Source of the DNA: Octopus sinensis | Taxonomy: Eukaryota | Direction: 5' to 3' | Assembly (NCBI RefSeq): GCF_006345805.1 | Contig: NC_043004.1 | Coordinates: 33,666,001 to 33,730,000, forward strand | DNA: 64,000 nt | Part shown: positions 63,889 through 64,000 of the stretch, piece after piece | Numbering within the stretch: position 1 is the first letter of the stretch | Layout: each line of letters opens with the position of its first letter | Notes under the pieces: generated by a model | What the model was told of the DNA's origin: nothing | Databases searched by the model: none | Seen by the model: only the letters and a program-made list of their open reading frames with translations | Made by a program: the position numbers and the translations under genes

Positions 63889-64000
63889 TACACACACACA
63901 CACATGCGTGCGTTTGTGTGCATGTGTCACCAATTCTGTTCATGATAGTGATTGATTTCTTCCTACCTCTGCTGGCAACAAAGCGTCTCTCTCTCTCAGA

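Overview
Repeat-saturated, AT-rich eukaryotic genomic DNA. It is most likely from a coleoid cephalopod such as Octopus; this is inferred from the SINE families and extreme microsatellite load, not from a diagnostic gene. I cannot call a host gene with confidence: most listed ORFs are translations of microsatellites, and only short candidate exons remain. Recognisable coding sequence is transposon-derived. It comprises a young GC-rich CR1-type LINE with a 6-bp TSD inserted in a SINE (5152-7464), a near-intact Penelope-like RT + GIY-YIG element (about 52325-55312), a 5'-inverted RTE insertion (11975-12824), RTE-X fragments, R4/Dong-type REL fragments, mariner and maT remnants, and a Gypsy remnant split by a Helitron. 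There are also more than 30 SINE copies from at least 3 families and many foldback or MITE-like hairpins. The most interesting signal is a set of minimal type I hammerhead ribozyme motifs from at least four unrelated sequence families (22565, 47577 plus paralogues, 52378, 62160). One lies inside the Penelope element; the others lie in short non-coding elements, the multi-copy family being flanked by (TA)n. This suggests a Penelope-mobilised, ribozyme-bearing (retrozyme-like) non-autonomous system. All family names come from motif recognition without database searches. Repeat boundaries are approximate unless a TSD or TIR is given.
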